Shown: positions 36,950 to 54,791 of the stretch, piece by piece
How the letters are laid out: each line of letters starts with the position of its first letter
Position numbering within the stretch: the first letter of the stretch is position 1
From: Trichoplax adhaerens
Taxonomy: Eukaryota > Animalia > Placozoa
Assembly: GCF_000150275.1 (NCBI RefSeq)
Contig: NW_002060944.1
Coordinates: 5,741,102 to 5,805,101, forward strand
Length of the DNA: 64,000 bases
Direction: 5' to 3'
Made by a program: the position numbers and the translations under genes
The notes under the pieces: generated by a model
Database searches by the model: none
Told to the model about the DNA's origin: nothing
The model's input: the letters and a program-made list of their open reading frames with translations, nothing else

Positions 36950-39900
36950 ATGACAACTGAAAACCAAGTTGTCCATGCCTTGAAAGAGATGATAGGAGGA
37001 AACTCCTTGCTTAAAGTGGGAAGAAATGTAAGTGATTGTCATCATACCGGGTTACTATAGTAAGGAAGTAATGCTATGATCGACTATGGTATCATTCTAA
37101 CTCTACTGTATGTGATAGAATAGCGGACTTGGATTAATTAACGGTCGACTGTGATAGTCATGTACCGTACATCTATTAATCTTATCTCTGGTGCTATCAA
37201 CCTTAAAAATTGAATGACTAGATTAAAGCATTGCCTCAAGCATCATGGTACAGTTATTTCAACCTTATCATGATATAAATTCAATCACCCCATTTATCGA
37301 CAAAGGCAAATACATCAGATAATCAATCATACTTTTATTTTATGCCAAGATATAAGATTTCGTTTTGTATTCTGTTACTTGTGTCATATACTGCAGATAA
37401 AGGCACCAAACCTAAACGAGGGTTGTAACCTTCAAATATAGCTACCGCCCTAGTCTGCTGTCAGATATGTCTTTCTCGATCCACTGACAAACAGTCGGAT
37501 TCCAGTACTGACTGACAATCTCTCATCGTCATGAGCTCATAGTAACTATAAGTCTTTTCTAGGCCAAACCACAAAATAGAAATCTTGCTGAAAACTCAAT
37601 CAATTTATGGCATAGCTACGTAAACATCAATACTTACATAATATTAGCTATTAAAACATACAGTACAACTGTCTAATATAAATTAGGGTCTGCTAATGGT
37701 GTAAATGCAGATAACGTCGATATCGCTAAAGTTTCAACATGTGTCACGACTATAATGTAAAATTTAATTTGCAATAATCTATAATCAAGGTTTCGCTTAC
37801 CTTGAAGGTATAGAGGAAAGATCAATTTCTACATTACTGTAGGCTACAGTACAATAGCATATGGCTAAACTTTATGCAATCTACAGTAAACAGTATGTGC
37901 TCGTACAAGGAAACAAATTAAGAATAAACGTTCAACTTCAAATGAATAAGTAAATAATTCCAATAGGAGTTATTTCCTTAGAAATCAAACCATTTTATTT
38001 CAAAAATAGAATCTAAAGTGATCTATTGGTTAAATAACCTGCTTATTGTACTAGATATCAATTAATCATCGATAAAGGAATAACTCTGACTTACTATACT
38101 GAAAATAGATATAGGTGTATGTTGCAATCTTGGTTTGGAAACATAAATTGTGATTGCTATCTATATAATCTATAGTAGTAGGCCCTATAACGTACGTACA
38201 TATTACTATTAGAATATGAGTATGCCTAAGTATGCCACCAAAAATAAACGAGTCTACAGAATTGCAAATTATCACATAGGAGTAACAAGAATATTCTAAT
38301 TCTGAAAACATCTATACTTTAAAACTTATATTGAAACGCAAATTAATCAGATCACCTTCAGCCCTAATTTCGGCTGTAACCAAATGACCTAATATTTGCA
38401 ATACCATTGCGTCTACCTACTATGGAATGAGATTACCATTTGAATAGGCGATGAAGACAAACCTTCTATATAATAGATTAAATCGTTTACACATTGTACA
38501 CAGTTATTCAATATGCACGCTCAGATTACGCACATGTACTGTATCTTATTGAAACCTCAGTCTAAATTTTCGTGTCATAGTTTCTATAACAAAAATTGAA
38601 AGTACTGTAGTCAATCTCCTGTGTGCTACTCACTATTTACATCAATTTAGTGCTTTATCATTTAATTTTCTGCAATTATTCAACCATCTTGATATTTATA
38701 TTCTATAAAATGTATACACTTATGTTTCTAGGGAAAAGCGCATTTTAGGCATTTTAGGCTAGCAAAAGGTAAGTTCAGAGTTCACGCAATTCATGTAATA
38801 CATAACAATGTAAGGAAATTAATTAATGTCAAGTAGTGCAAATTATAGAGAAATCTATAAGTGCAAAGTACGTACATCATCGAGAGAGTCGGTTTGACTT
38901 TTTTCTTATTTTCATACTGACTTTGATTTCTTAAATTTATAGACTTATCTGGCATCAGTTGGAGTTCTCCACGCAAAGATAAACAAGAAACTATAATCCT
39001 AGTTTCGCAAATGGATTCTCTATTATTAGGACAAAAAACAAAAGTTTTTCTAGCCAAACCAATGCCAGAATCAAAGGTTTCTTTCTTTTATTAATATATC
39101 AAAGTGATAACTCTACATCAAGATATAAACTAATTATTATTATTAATAAAACTATCGTCTTCTTTTTACGAGATAGACTCTGTCCTTCTCATTACTGTAT
39201 TCGGATAGTGAAGGCTTCCATCGTTCGCTAGATATAGTATGCCAAAAGCAACGAGAATTCGATATATGGATAATAGGATTACAACAATTAATCAATGGAA
39301 TCGACGATAAGTCAATTACAACAGAATTATTCCAAGATGCCAAGACAGAGTTAATAATTAATACAGAACAATCAGTAGACGATTTGGTAATACTTAGCTG
39401 ACCCTATATTGCATTTTCCATCATCCAGACATAATTTAGAAAATAAATAATTTAAAAATCTTCAAATTTTTTTAGGCCGAACTTGATCATTTAATCGTTC
39501 TTAATTCTGCACAAATTGATCAATCTGTCTTCGGTGTATACACCTGGGGAAGTGGAATAAACGGTGCATTAGGTCATGGAGAAGATATTGATATACCATC
39601 TCCTAGAGTTGTTGAGGCTTTGTTAGCATATAACATTAAAAGATTAGCTTGTGGCTTACATACAGTGTTCGCATTAAACGGTATATTTTGTAATAATGAT
39701 TTAACCTTATTGTACTTGATGTTTTACTACCTTTTGAAAATAATAATTAAGGCTTTACTTTCAAATATTCGAGCAGAAGATGGCAAGGTTTATTCCTGGG
39801 GCTTAGGGAAATATGGCATTTTAGGACAAGGAAATCTACGTAGTAGATTTGCACCCCTTAAGATAGCTAGTTTTAAAAGTAGTAACGTCATCGACATTTC

Positions 39901-41727
39901 CTGCCATGAATTACATGCCGCAGCTGTCACATGTTAGAAAGAGAGATTTTTACTTCGAATATATAAATATTCTTAAATATTATTCATGTTATTTTAACAA
40001 GGCTTGAGAAACTTATAAGCTGTCAAAAATTTTAGCTTCAGGTGAACTTTACACATGGGGTAAAGGTTCTGAAAATTTTAATCGCCTGGGATACTTATGC
40101 CAGAATAAGCAAACGAGTCCGGCTTTGGTTCATTCTCTTTCGGCATATACTATTTTCAGTGTTGCATGTGGATACAATCACACTTTGGGTTAGTACGTAT
40201 GAAAAATTTATTGTCCTTGAAACTATTGTGATCAACTGCAACGACATCCACATCATATCTGATCAAAACGTATATATACAATAATTACTAAATGAGTCTG
40301 TCTGCTAAGTTAGTCGTAATGTTAAATGTTAAGTACTTGTAGCTGTCGCACAACTAAAAATACTTATAGATACTATTACTAAAATTAATTAAAACACTTA
40401 TCAATTGCATCCTGATAGCTGTGACAAATACAGGTAGTGTATATTCGTTTGGCGATAACTCAAACTCACAATTAGGAGTTGGTGATACTGAGCCGTATGC
40501 CGAGCCTCAATTAGTCACTGTATTAAATGATGAAAACATTATCAAAGTTGCATGTGGTAAATATCATTCTGCTGCGCTATCAGGTATTGTATGATTAATT
40601 ATCGATGATAACGTAATACTATCAATACTATTTTAATTAAGCTACGTAAGCACTTATAACTTAAATTTAAATTTGGGTTTTACTTCAATTTCAATCTCTG
40701 TCCTAATTTTGTTTTAAATTACTTGATCAATCACAGCAAAAGGAAATTTATTTCTTTGGGGCCTTGGTGACGACGGCCAATTGGGTCTAGGTAATTATAA
40801 TCTTTCAACCGAACCCACTATACTTCATATAGGAGAAAAGAAAGCTAAAGTTATGGATGTTGCTTGCGGAGATCTCCATACATGCATACTGACAGGTATA
40901 CTTGTTACATTTAATATGCGAAACGAAATTTTTATGACAGCGATTTTCTGCAAAAATAGTATCTGTAAGCAACTGTAGTATAGACTTAAGCACCCAATCG
41001 TGTATCATCGTTCCTAAATAATGGAAATTTTTCTACATTCTTGTAGTCGGTGGCCTTGTCTACGCCTTCGGTAGTAATATTTATGGACAAATAGCTGCAC
41101 CGAGTATGAATAAATTTCACCTTCCTTACCGCATTAGTTTCAATACAAGTAAAAGATTTGTATCAGTGTCATGCGGATCTTTCCATTCCGCAGCTATTAC
41201 AGGTATTTTTATATTGCTAATAGACATAGACGTAATTTGACGTAATAATTTTAATCAAATACGCTTTCTGATCTATATGGAATTTCTAATGGAAATAGTT
41301 ACAAATAGTAAAATACTACTATTAGTTTAAAATTTCTCCATCCAATCTTACGTCGTTTCCTCGAAAATTTTTAATAATAGAAAACGGTAAATTATATGCA
41401 TGGGGACTGGAGACCGATGGAAGATTAGGCTTGGGGGATTGTAAACAAAGGTATAGTTATAAAGATACAGTTTTACTTAGCAGTCAGTTTTATATGTTCA
41501 AGGTAAACGTTTACTTTTATAAATACACAAGGAAACATTTTATAGCGCCACTTGTGATCATTAATTTTGATTATCCTATTTTGTGCAGATCTTCACCGAC
41601 GGAAGTGGAAGGATTTCGTGATAAGAAGATAGGTCGTATAGCCTGTGGTAGTAAACATACAGCAGCGCTGATAATTCTTTCAAGTTCTGCGGACAAAAAG
41701 TTCAAATCTAGTTGGCGAACTACATAA
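36950..41727 (+). CDS. PH domain + seven RCC1 repeat protein (plant PRAF/RLD-like N-terminal architecture), 12 exons, ~530 aa
   Basis: Exons 36950-37027, 38732-38768, 38943-39076 and 39177-39386 splice in frame to a PH domain. Seven RCC1 blades follow (VYTWG, VYSWG, LYTWG, VYSFG, LFLWG, VYAFG, LYAWG, each with an xCGxxH-like end). Stop at 41727. Confidence 0.85.
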
Positions 41728-42804
41728 AACGATACTTTATATATGAAACGAAATTAATTTTTTTACAATATAGTTTAAACTTTCATACTAAAACCGATTT
41801 TATCGAATATGATAGTAATATCATTTACACCTATATCTACTAACAAATTCATCACAAAGTACTCACACTTAGCAAAATTTATCTCTGTAAAGCTCTATAA
41901 TTAATGCCTTTCTTTATTTTAAGTATCTCAATCAAATTATCTACTCTGTGTTAGATATTATCGATATTTATCATTATTTGTACTAGTATTTATGAGCAAA
42001 TTTATTGCAAAGTACTAAAATCATTTCAGGTTTTTGAAAGCTAGAAGGAAAATTCTGGATTGAACACTATGCTTCATTGAGCAATTTTAATCAAACAATG
42101 AGATGAGCATATACTGTACATGCAATTGCAGTGTTGGCTAAACCAATTTCTTACTTCACTGTTTGCAGATACAGTAGTTTTGCTGTACATAAAATTTTAC
42201 TGTAAAATTCCAATTTTTGATCCATTACATTCAATAAATTTCAATGGGACAAAAGATAAATTACGTCGTATACCGTTTATATTTTTCGTACTATCTGTTT
42301 TATTATACATGTGGAATTAGTTTCGTTCGTTATTGACTCTTTTCAGGGAACAAAAGATTAACATGATATCACAGTCATACTGAGTAACAAAAGTTACATT
42401 ATACAGTAGTTTGATTCTCCAGCATCGATTGCAATCCATTCAAAACTTAAGACATGAACAAACGACGAACAATATTCGTCGTATAACTGTTATCGTACAT
42501 GTAAAATAAATCATGAAGACACCTGAATTTAAAGGTTATATGTCATCGTTTACTGTGTATAGAAATAATATTATCAAAGAACAGCACACATCAATTACGC
42601 CAAATATCCAGTTTGAATTTCCGGTAGTACAGCATATTAGTTTTTGCACAGTTCTTTGTAAATTAAATTTATTAATGATGAGCATTTGATTAGCGCATTT
42701 CCAATAAATTGAATTATATAGTACACTTTTAAAATGATAGCTCTAATGCAATATCATCTTATCACCAAATAAGTGTCACTACATTTATATTTCTTGCCCA
42801 TTAT

Positions 42805-45800
42805 TTACTCTTTTCTTTCATCATCTTCACCTTCACTTTCATCGCCGACCAAAGCCGCGAATTTACTTTCTTGACTAAATACCTACCCAATATTTAAGAT
42901 ACATGCTAACTTAGATGGCACTTCAAAATCTTAACGGTATACGAGTAAAATAATCATGTGTTACAATAATAAATATTAAAGAATTTGATATCTTCTAACC
43001 GGTTTCGGTGGTTCTTCGTACTTCTTAAGCTCCACAGGCCTATAGGGTTTCCTACCCCTACCACCTCCTCGACTTCCTCTGCCACGACCTCTACCACCAA
43101 ATCCTCTGGAGTTTCCATCACTGCTGAATCCATATCGTTTATCGCTACTTTTGTCATCTCGACTATTATCATCGTCCTGATCTTGATCTGCACTTGTTGT
43201 CTTATCAGCTGCTTCCTGATCATCGTCTTTACTCGTCTGATCTTTAGCAACAGCTAAGCGTTCTTCAATTTCTCGCTCTTTGGCTGCCGTATCAACCGGC
43301 CTGGCTGAACCAAAGATTGACGATGAACGGTTGACTTCTTCCTCTTTATTTTCTATAGGTTTTGATCGAGGTTTCAAATTGAGTGCCCGTCTTTGTGGTG
43401 CATCTAGAATTTTGTGATATTAACGGTTAAACAATTAAACAGTATTTACGGTTATTAGGTTAAATTGTAGCTGGTGACATCTATAGTAATACAGCAGATA
43501 TTCATATGAAGGCATAGTAGTCATATTAGGGTTATCCATTAACCTTTCTCTTTCTTTTCTTCGTAATCGCCCTGCTTAGTGTTATCGCTACTTTCAGCTC
43601 TTTCTGTATCTCTTCTCACAGAATCATTGTCCTCCCTTGATTGCCTACCACCATCTACATTATCAACATCATAATTACGTCTTTCGTCTCCATTTTCAAA
43701 TCTGGATGATCTAAAATTATCAAAGCCACGTCTTTTCCCGTCATCCCCATTATATCGTGAAGATCTACCTCCAAAACCACCTCTATCGTAGTTTCTTCTT
43801 CCGCGTCCGGAAGATTCAAAATCATTATATCTACGGTTTCCACTACCAAATCGATCTTCTCTTCCGCGAAAACTGCTCCCTCCATCATTGTATCGACTAC
43901 CAACACCAGCAAATCTGTCATCGTCACGATCATATTGTCTCCTATTCGATCGAAAGTCCTCTGTTGGTGGTCCGGCGCGTCTCCAATTATCGCTATCGGT
44001 GCTTCGTTCACCACGATCGTATCTATCATGATGTGATCCTCTACTCCCTCTGTCATTGAAATTATTTCTGTCATTATCACCTGTATGATTAGCGAAAAAC
44101 AAATGAATTACAAGGTCAATTTTTGACTTACCACATGAACTAACAAAACAACAAGACAAAGAGTACATACTAGATGGGAAAATACAAATATAGACAGTAT
44201 ATAAATAATAAATCGTTGTTAAGCATACGATGTTAAGATTTTTAAGACATAACTTTCGATATACAGTAATGATTTCATCAGTTAATGGATAAAAAAAATT
44301 TTATTTATTGTACTAATAATAATTAATCTTTTAATTAATTAGTCTATAAACCTTACCTCCAGCAATATCCACACGGATTTTACGATTTTTCAGTAACTAT
44401 ATGGGGTAAATGAATAGAAGATATAAGTTTTGTTTAGAGATATAGGATTACATATAGATTACTTTTTAATTAAAAATAATGAAAAAAATCATCAAGTTGT
44501 CAGTTATGATAACAACTATTTCCTTTGAATATGTCAAAACGGCATGACATACTGTATACGCGTTCAGTAATAGGGGAGAGTTATGTATTGTTAAGACCAC
44601 CATAATATACTGACGCGCGTATAGTTTAGTTAATGATCAGAAAGTCAAGTTGAAGGAATAAAGTACTTTAAAGATACAGTAGGTCTGTCAAATTAGCAAG
44701 ACGCCCATCATTTTGAATATTCGAATTCACCTGATCATTTAGTGACATCGCATTAACTAGTGATTCTAAATCTTCAAATTCGGTATATCCAAATCCTCTT
44801 GGTCTACCATCCGTTGTGCCTTTGGGTAAGCGAACAGAGTTTACCTACGTATAACGAAAATAGACAATCATTACTTGATTTATCACATCATTCCAATATC
44901 TACAAGTATCGTAAGAATCGATCTACAATGTCATTTATATTGAAGAGAAAGCATATATATTCCTCTTGTTAACAGAACATGACATTATATACGGTAGTCA
45001 ACGTTATACAATGTAATTAATTGGCTGCAAACTTCTATTCCCTATCACCATCACTACAGTAAGATGTTAACAAGATTACAAGTAAGGTAGTTGTGTATTT
45101 CAATCCATTATTTCTGATCAATGCGTAAGGTAATCAAGATGATGAAGTTCTACTTCACAGAATGTCAGATAGATACTGTAGTCGATCATTTGCAAAACAA
45201 GTAGAGTATATTGAACTGACCTTGCTATCCTTGAAGAATTGAGTAATATCTTCTTCAGTCACATCATAAGGAAGATTAGCAATGTAAGCAGTAAAAGGTG
45301 GCTTAGTAGGAAGTCTACTCCTATCGATACCAGCCAAGGCACGAGCAGCTTTTGGAGCTGTTGGTAGCATGGATGTATCAATGGTGGGCTGACTCCGCCT
45401 ATCTGTAAATGAACGATGATGACGACGATGGAAGATTAATTTTGTATCAAGATGTAGCCATTGAAATTGGTGAATAGTGTAGAAATGATGAATGTTAAAG
45501 AGTAGAGCACAATCGAGGGAGAAAAGTCCATTTCTAGCAGGTGCTAGAAGGATATGGATACTGTATAAGACTATTTTTTTCTATCTACCAAGTACGATAG
45601 ATAAGTATTTGAATATTTAATGCATAGCATCGCAATCCTAGATTATAAAGACTGCATCATGCCGTATCCAATTGATCGACATTGATGAGAAATTTGTAAT
45701 TGTACTGGTATGTATCTGAGTATAATAAATCAAGTTATTGTTGTACAACACAGTTTATAGGATAAAAATAGGCCTATCCACATGTCCAATCTAAGAAGGA

Positions 45801-46120
45801 AGTCGAACATGAAATGACCGGGTAGATAGAATCAAGTTTTGTCACCTTCATAACCACGGGAATCGTCTTTTTCAGACCAATCACTGGTTTTTCGTTGTGT
45901 TAGAATATTGGCAACTTTGCCATCATTTCCATCAGCAAGAAACTCGGTCAAATTGACCGTTTTGCCTTTCATTTTTTTGGATTTCTTGCCTATAAGATCA
46001 ATTTTTATGATTCATTACATATAATGTATCCAACAGACAAGGATAAAGTGAATTTATTAAATACAAGTCATTCATATTGATGAAATTGCTCGATCAACCT
46101 GATGCCGGTGTAGTAGCCAT
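42805..46120 (-). CDS. EIF4B: Eukaryotic translation initiation factor 4B
   Basis: MATTPASG|KKSKKMKGKTVNLTEFLAD, LPTAPKAAR...LPTKPPFTAYIANLPYDVTEEDI (RRM), a DRYG-rich region, RALNLKPRS...SSIFGSARPVDTAAKEREIEERL and SKFAAL. Confidence 0.94.
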
Positions 46121-46209
46121 CTTGACAATGTGCAGCGGAGAACAGTAGGGCGCCGTGGATTGTGGGTACTGCCACAGTGGATAGTGAGGGCATTCCAGTG
46201 GTCTTGGGG

Positions 46210-46870
46210 CAGTACAGTGCAAGTTGCAGTCCTGTACTGTGTACAAGACATTACAGTACAGTATACTGTAGGACAGTACAGTATACAGTACTGTAGTAAG
46301 TGTACTGTACACTGTACAGTATCGAAGTACAGCACACCATGGTCGATTCACCATGGTCGTCCGTGACCCAGCCTAGCGGACGAGGTTAGCCTTGACGGTG
46401 TTGGACTAGGGTATCGTATGGTATTTTACTACTGACTGAGTACTACAGTAGCATCAAGAGCTCTGACATGGTCCGCGCCAGTTTAGCATGGTTGATTGGA
46501 AACCGGATGCTGGTTGTATCCATCATTTTTGCAGCTATTTTCAAGGTTACTCCAATTGATTCAATAATATCCTATCATGATTACGTTATACAGAAATGAG
46601 ACTGTGATTGAATCCACTTTCACTTCAAATAATCCTCTTTTGCAACAAGCTGGTTAGAATCACAAGAAAGGTCTTGACATAGTCGAGAGCGCTGCCGCTG
46701 AGTATTTACAGTATACACTATGTGGCTAGGGCACTTGCTAGCGTGCCAATGCTGTTGGTTGGTCTGTCCAGGTTAAGGTTGACAGTGCCACCATGGGCTA
46801 CTACAACACCACGGTACTGTACCAGTGACGGTACCAGTGACGGTACCAGTACCGGTACTAGTACCGTTCC
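46210..46870. promoter_or_regulatory. GC-enriched bidirectional promoter region EIF4B/FYCO1-like with a TACWGTA/GTAC cluster next to each gene
   Basis: Cluster at 46210-46330 (90-210 bp before the EIF4B ATG), direct repeat caccatggtcg at ~46336/46349, and tandem ggtaccagtgac units at ~46813-46866 (~360 bp before the FYCO1-like ATG). Confidence 0.55.
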
Positions 46871-47224
46871 CGGTCCACCAAGGGACAGAACAGCGCCAAC
46901 CGTGTCGTCTGTACCTGCTGTACGTCTGTATCCAGGCCTGGCAATAAAAACACTTGCTGCCCATACAATACACTATCTTATGTATAGTACAGTAGCTAGA
47001 AGGGGCATACTTAAAAGACTATTCTTGCACAAAGGTCAATTGCGATAGTCAAAGTCCAACAATGTTGTCTAATTAATTAATTTTAAAAGCGTTGGCCAAC
47101 AACACCAACGACAAACATCGGAGAAATCTTGGCCATCGCTCTTCTACTCTTTGCAGTTTTCTTCTTTAGCCAGTGGCTGTACACGATATTGAAGTGTACA
47201 GCAGAACGATAGTACTATATTAAT

Positions 47225-52648
<5,424 letters not shown>

Positions 52649-54791
52649 AGTTCGACTCCTTAGACCTGCTTAGAGAATGCACAAAATCATGCTTAAACGT
52701 ATGGATGACTACAGTGTAATTTATTCATGAAAATGACGTGTTACTTTACTAATACATTTAGACAATACTGGATAGCAAATAAAATTTACTAATGATATTT
52801 CCGATATATATATATATATTGGCAAGAGATTGATCGATTTAAATTAATTGTATTGTATCCTTTCGGGTTGTAAGGGTATAGTAAAAATTTCTTATGTTGA
52901 ACAATTAAAATTTCGGAATATACGCGTATATGTATATACCTATAGATCTATATTTTGGATGTTACACGTTAAATTTCCCATGATCGCCTTATCTTGTACA
53001 ATCAAGGAGCAAATATCTATATTGATACTAACTGGATAAATTTAAATTTTAATATTACAAGGAATAGTGGAATGTTGCGTAAACATTCTTTTCATTTCAT
53101 TGGTAACAATAATAATCTGATGACAAAAAATTCAGCTGCATATGTATATTAGTAACTGCAACTTCTGCAATAGTATATATGTGTTCGTTGATCATAACAT
53201 AGTTGCTGTACTGCATTCTCTTTAATTTTTCCTATATATATATATATTTATTTAAAATTTTTTGTACCAAGCGGTCACAACATATATAATTCATCAAAAA
53301 CAATAAGTCTAAATCTGGTATCTTTCTACATGCTGAATCGTTTATAAAATATTCTAAATATAAACTCTAAGTGAAAATATAGCAACGACTGGTAACACTC
53401 AATTACTGCCTAACGTACCCCGTGCAGCTACAACGTACAATTCTTTTATATAATGTATAATTCTCTCAGCGATATTGGTATATTAAAGAGACGGTAGAAA
53501 ATCATTGGAAGTGGCATATTTAAATATGTGCTAGCTAACGATAAATACTTTATTAAACTATGCTACTAAGTATATCTCAAAATATGAGGTATCATTATTT
53601 AACTGATTATTACTCTTGTATTTTATAATTAATCGGAATAACGGGAAAAAGGTAAAACTTATACGTTTATTGTTCTACAATTGAAATCATGACTAAAAAT
53701 ATTCTGCTTGGACAGAAAAATTCAAGAATTTAATGCTTAGCTTTATTACATACAATTACTATGCGATACTTCCTCATTTTGGAGCTTAATGTCGATTGCA
53801 ACGTTAATTTTATGCTAATTATAATTTATCGTTTAAATAACAATTATATAAGTTTTACTATGATATATCATTTAATCGAGACAATGGGGACCTGAGTGAA
53901 GTCAAGGCGAACTATAACTAAGTTTTTCCTACTTATATGCTAGAACCTTGTAAGCAAATTCTATTCGATATCGTAGGTACAATAGTGAATATTCTTAGGC
54001 TCCAAAAAATTATAAGCTACTGCATTATGGACTAATATGGTACAGTATAATATATATTTTTAATTATATGAGCGAATTTTAATTTAATTTGATCCAGTAT
54101 CAAATTGCCTTGTTAGCGGAATTTAAAATACCGTCAAATTTCTCCGATTCTTTGCAATGGCTTATATTATATCCATAGTTGAGAATCTATATGTTAACAA
54201 GGTTTCCATTTCGAGATCAGTACATCCAAACGTAATATCTTAAAACTTAATTTGACCCAGTATTAAATTAATCACTTGCCCGAGGTAATACAGATAATAT
54301 TAATTTTCCCAAGCCTTAAGAGTAAAGTATGCGTGATGGCCTATGCTTACATTCACAGTTAATATAATTGGCAGCCCAAACGTCATAAAGATATATCAAT
54401 AATTACCCTAATTTAATACTAGTATATCCGACTTTATAACGAATTAGTATATGATCAAGCAATAAGCAATTAATATTTAATCAAGCTATTAATTGTTTGA
54501 ATAACCAATCAACAGTGATTGATAATATGATATCATCATCAATTACTGACATCTAGCGGCAATATGGCATGGAGAAAATGTTAAAAATAAAATAGAGTAG
54601 CATATGGTTGAAATTAACTAGTCTCTGACCAGTTGAACTAATCTGAATGTATTTGTTGTAAATCTATGCAGTAATTCGACTCGACTCTTCAGTTTAATAG
54701 TCGCCGTACTTTTAAGTACTTATCAGAAAAAAATTTATAAAATCAAGAGAATAACTGCAGTATTAGTGAAAAAGACGTAGAAAAAAGAAAT

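Noticed and set aside
42954-44080. Overlapping alternative-frame and antisense ORFs within EIF4B
   Set aside because: Shadows of the low-complexity D/R/G-rich exons, with no independent features.
44630-44715. Possible C/D snoRNA in an EIF4B intron (ATGATGG...CTGA on the minus strand)
   Set aside because: Imperfect C box, no terminal stem, and no rRNA-complementary guide that I could recognise.
52650-54750. Hidden gene or transposon in AT-rich intergenic stretches (also 19740-21700 and 24930-26960)
   Set aside because: Only short TA microsatellites and non-coding-like ORFs are present; I saw no terminal repeats or recognisable domains.
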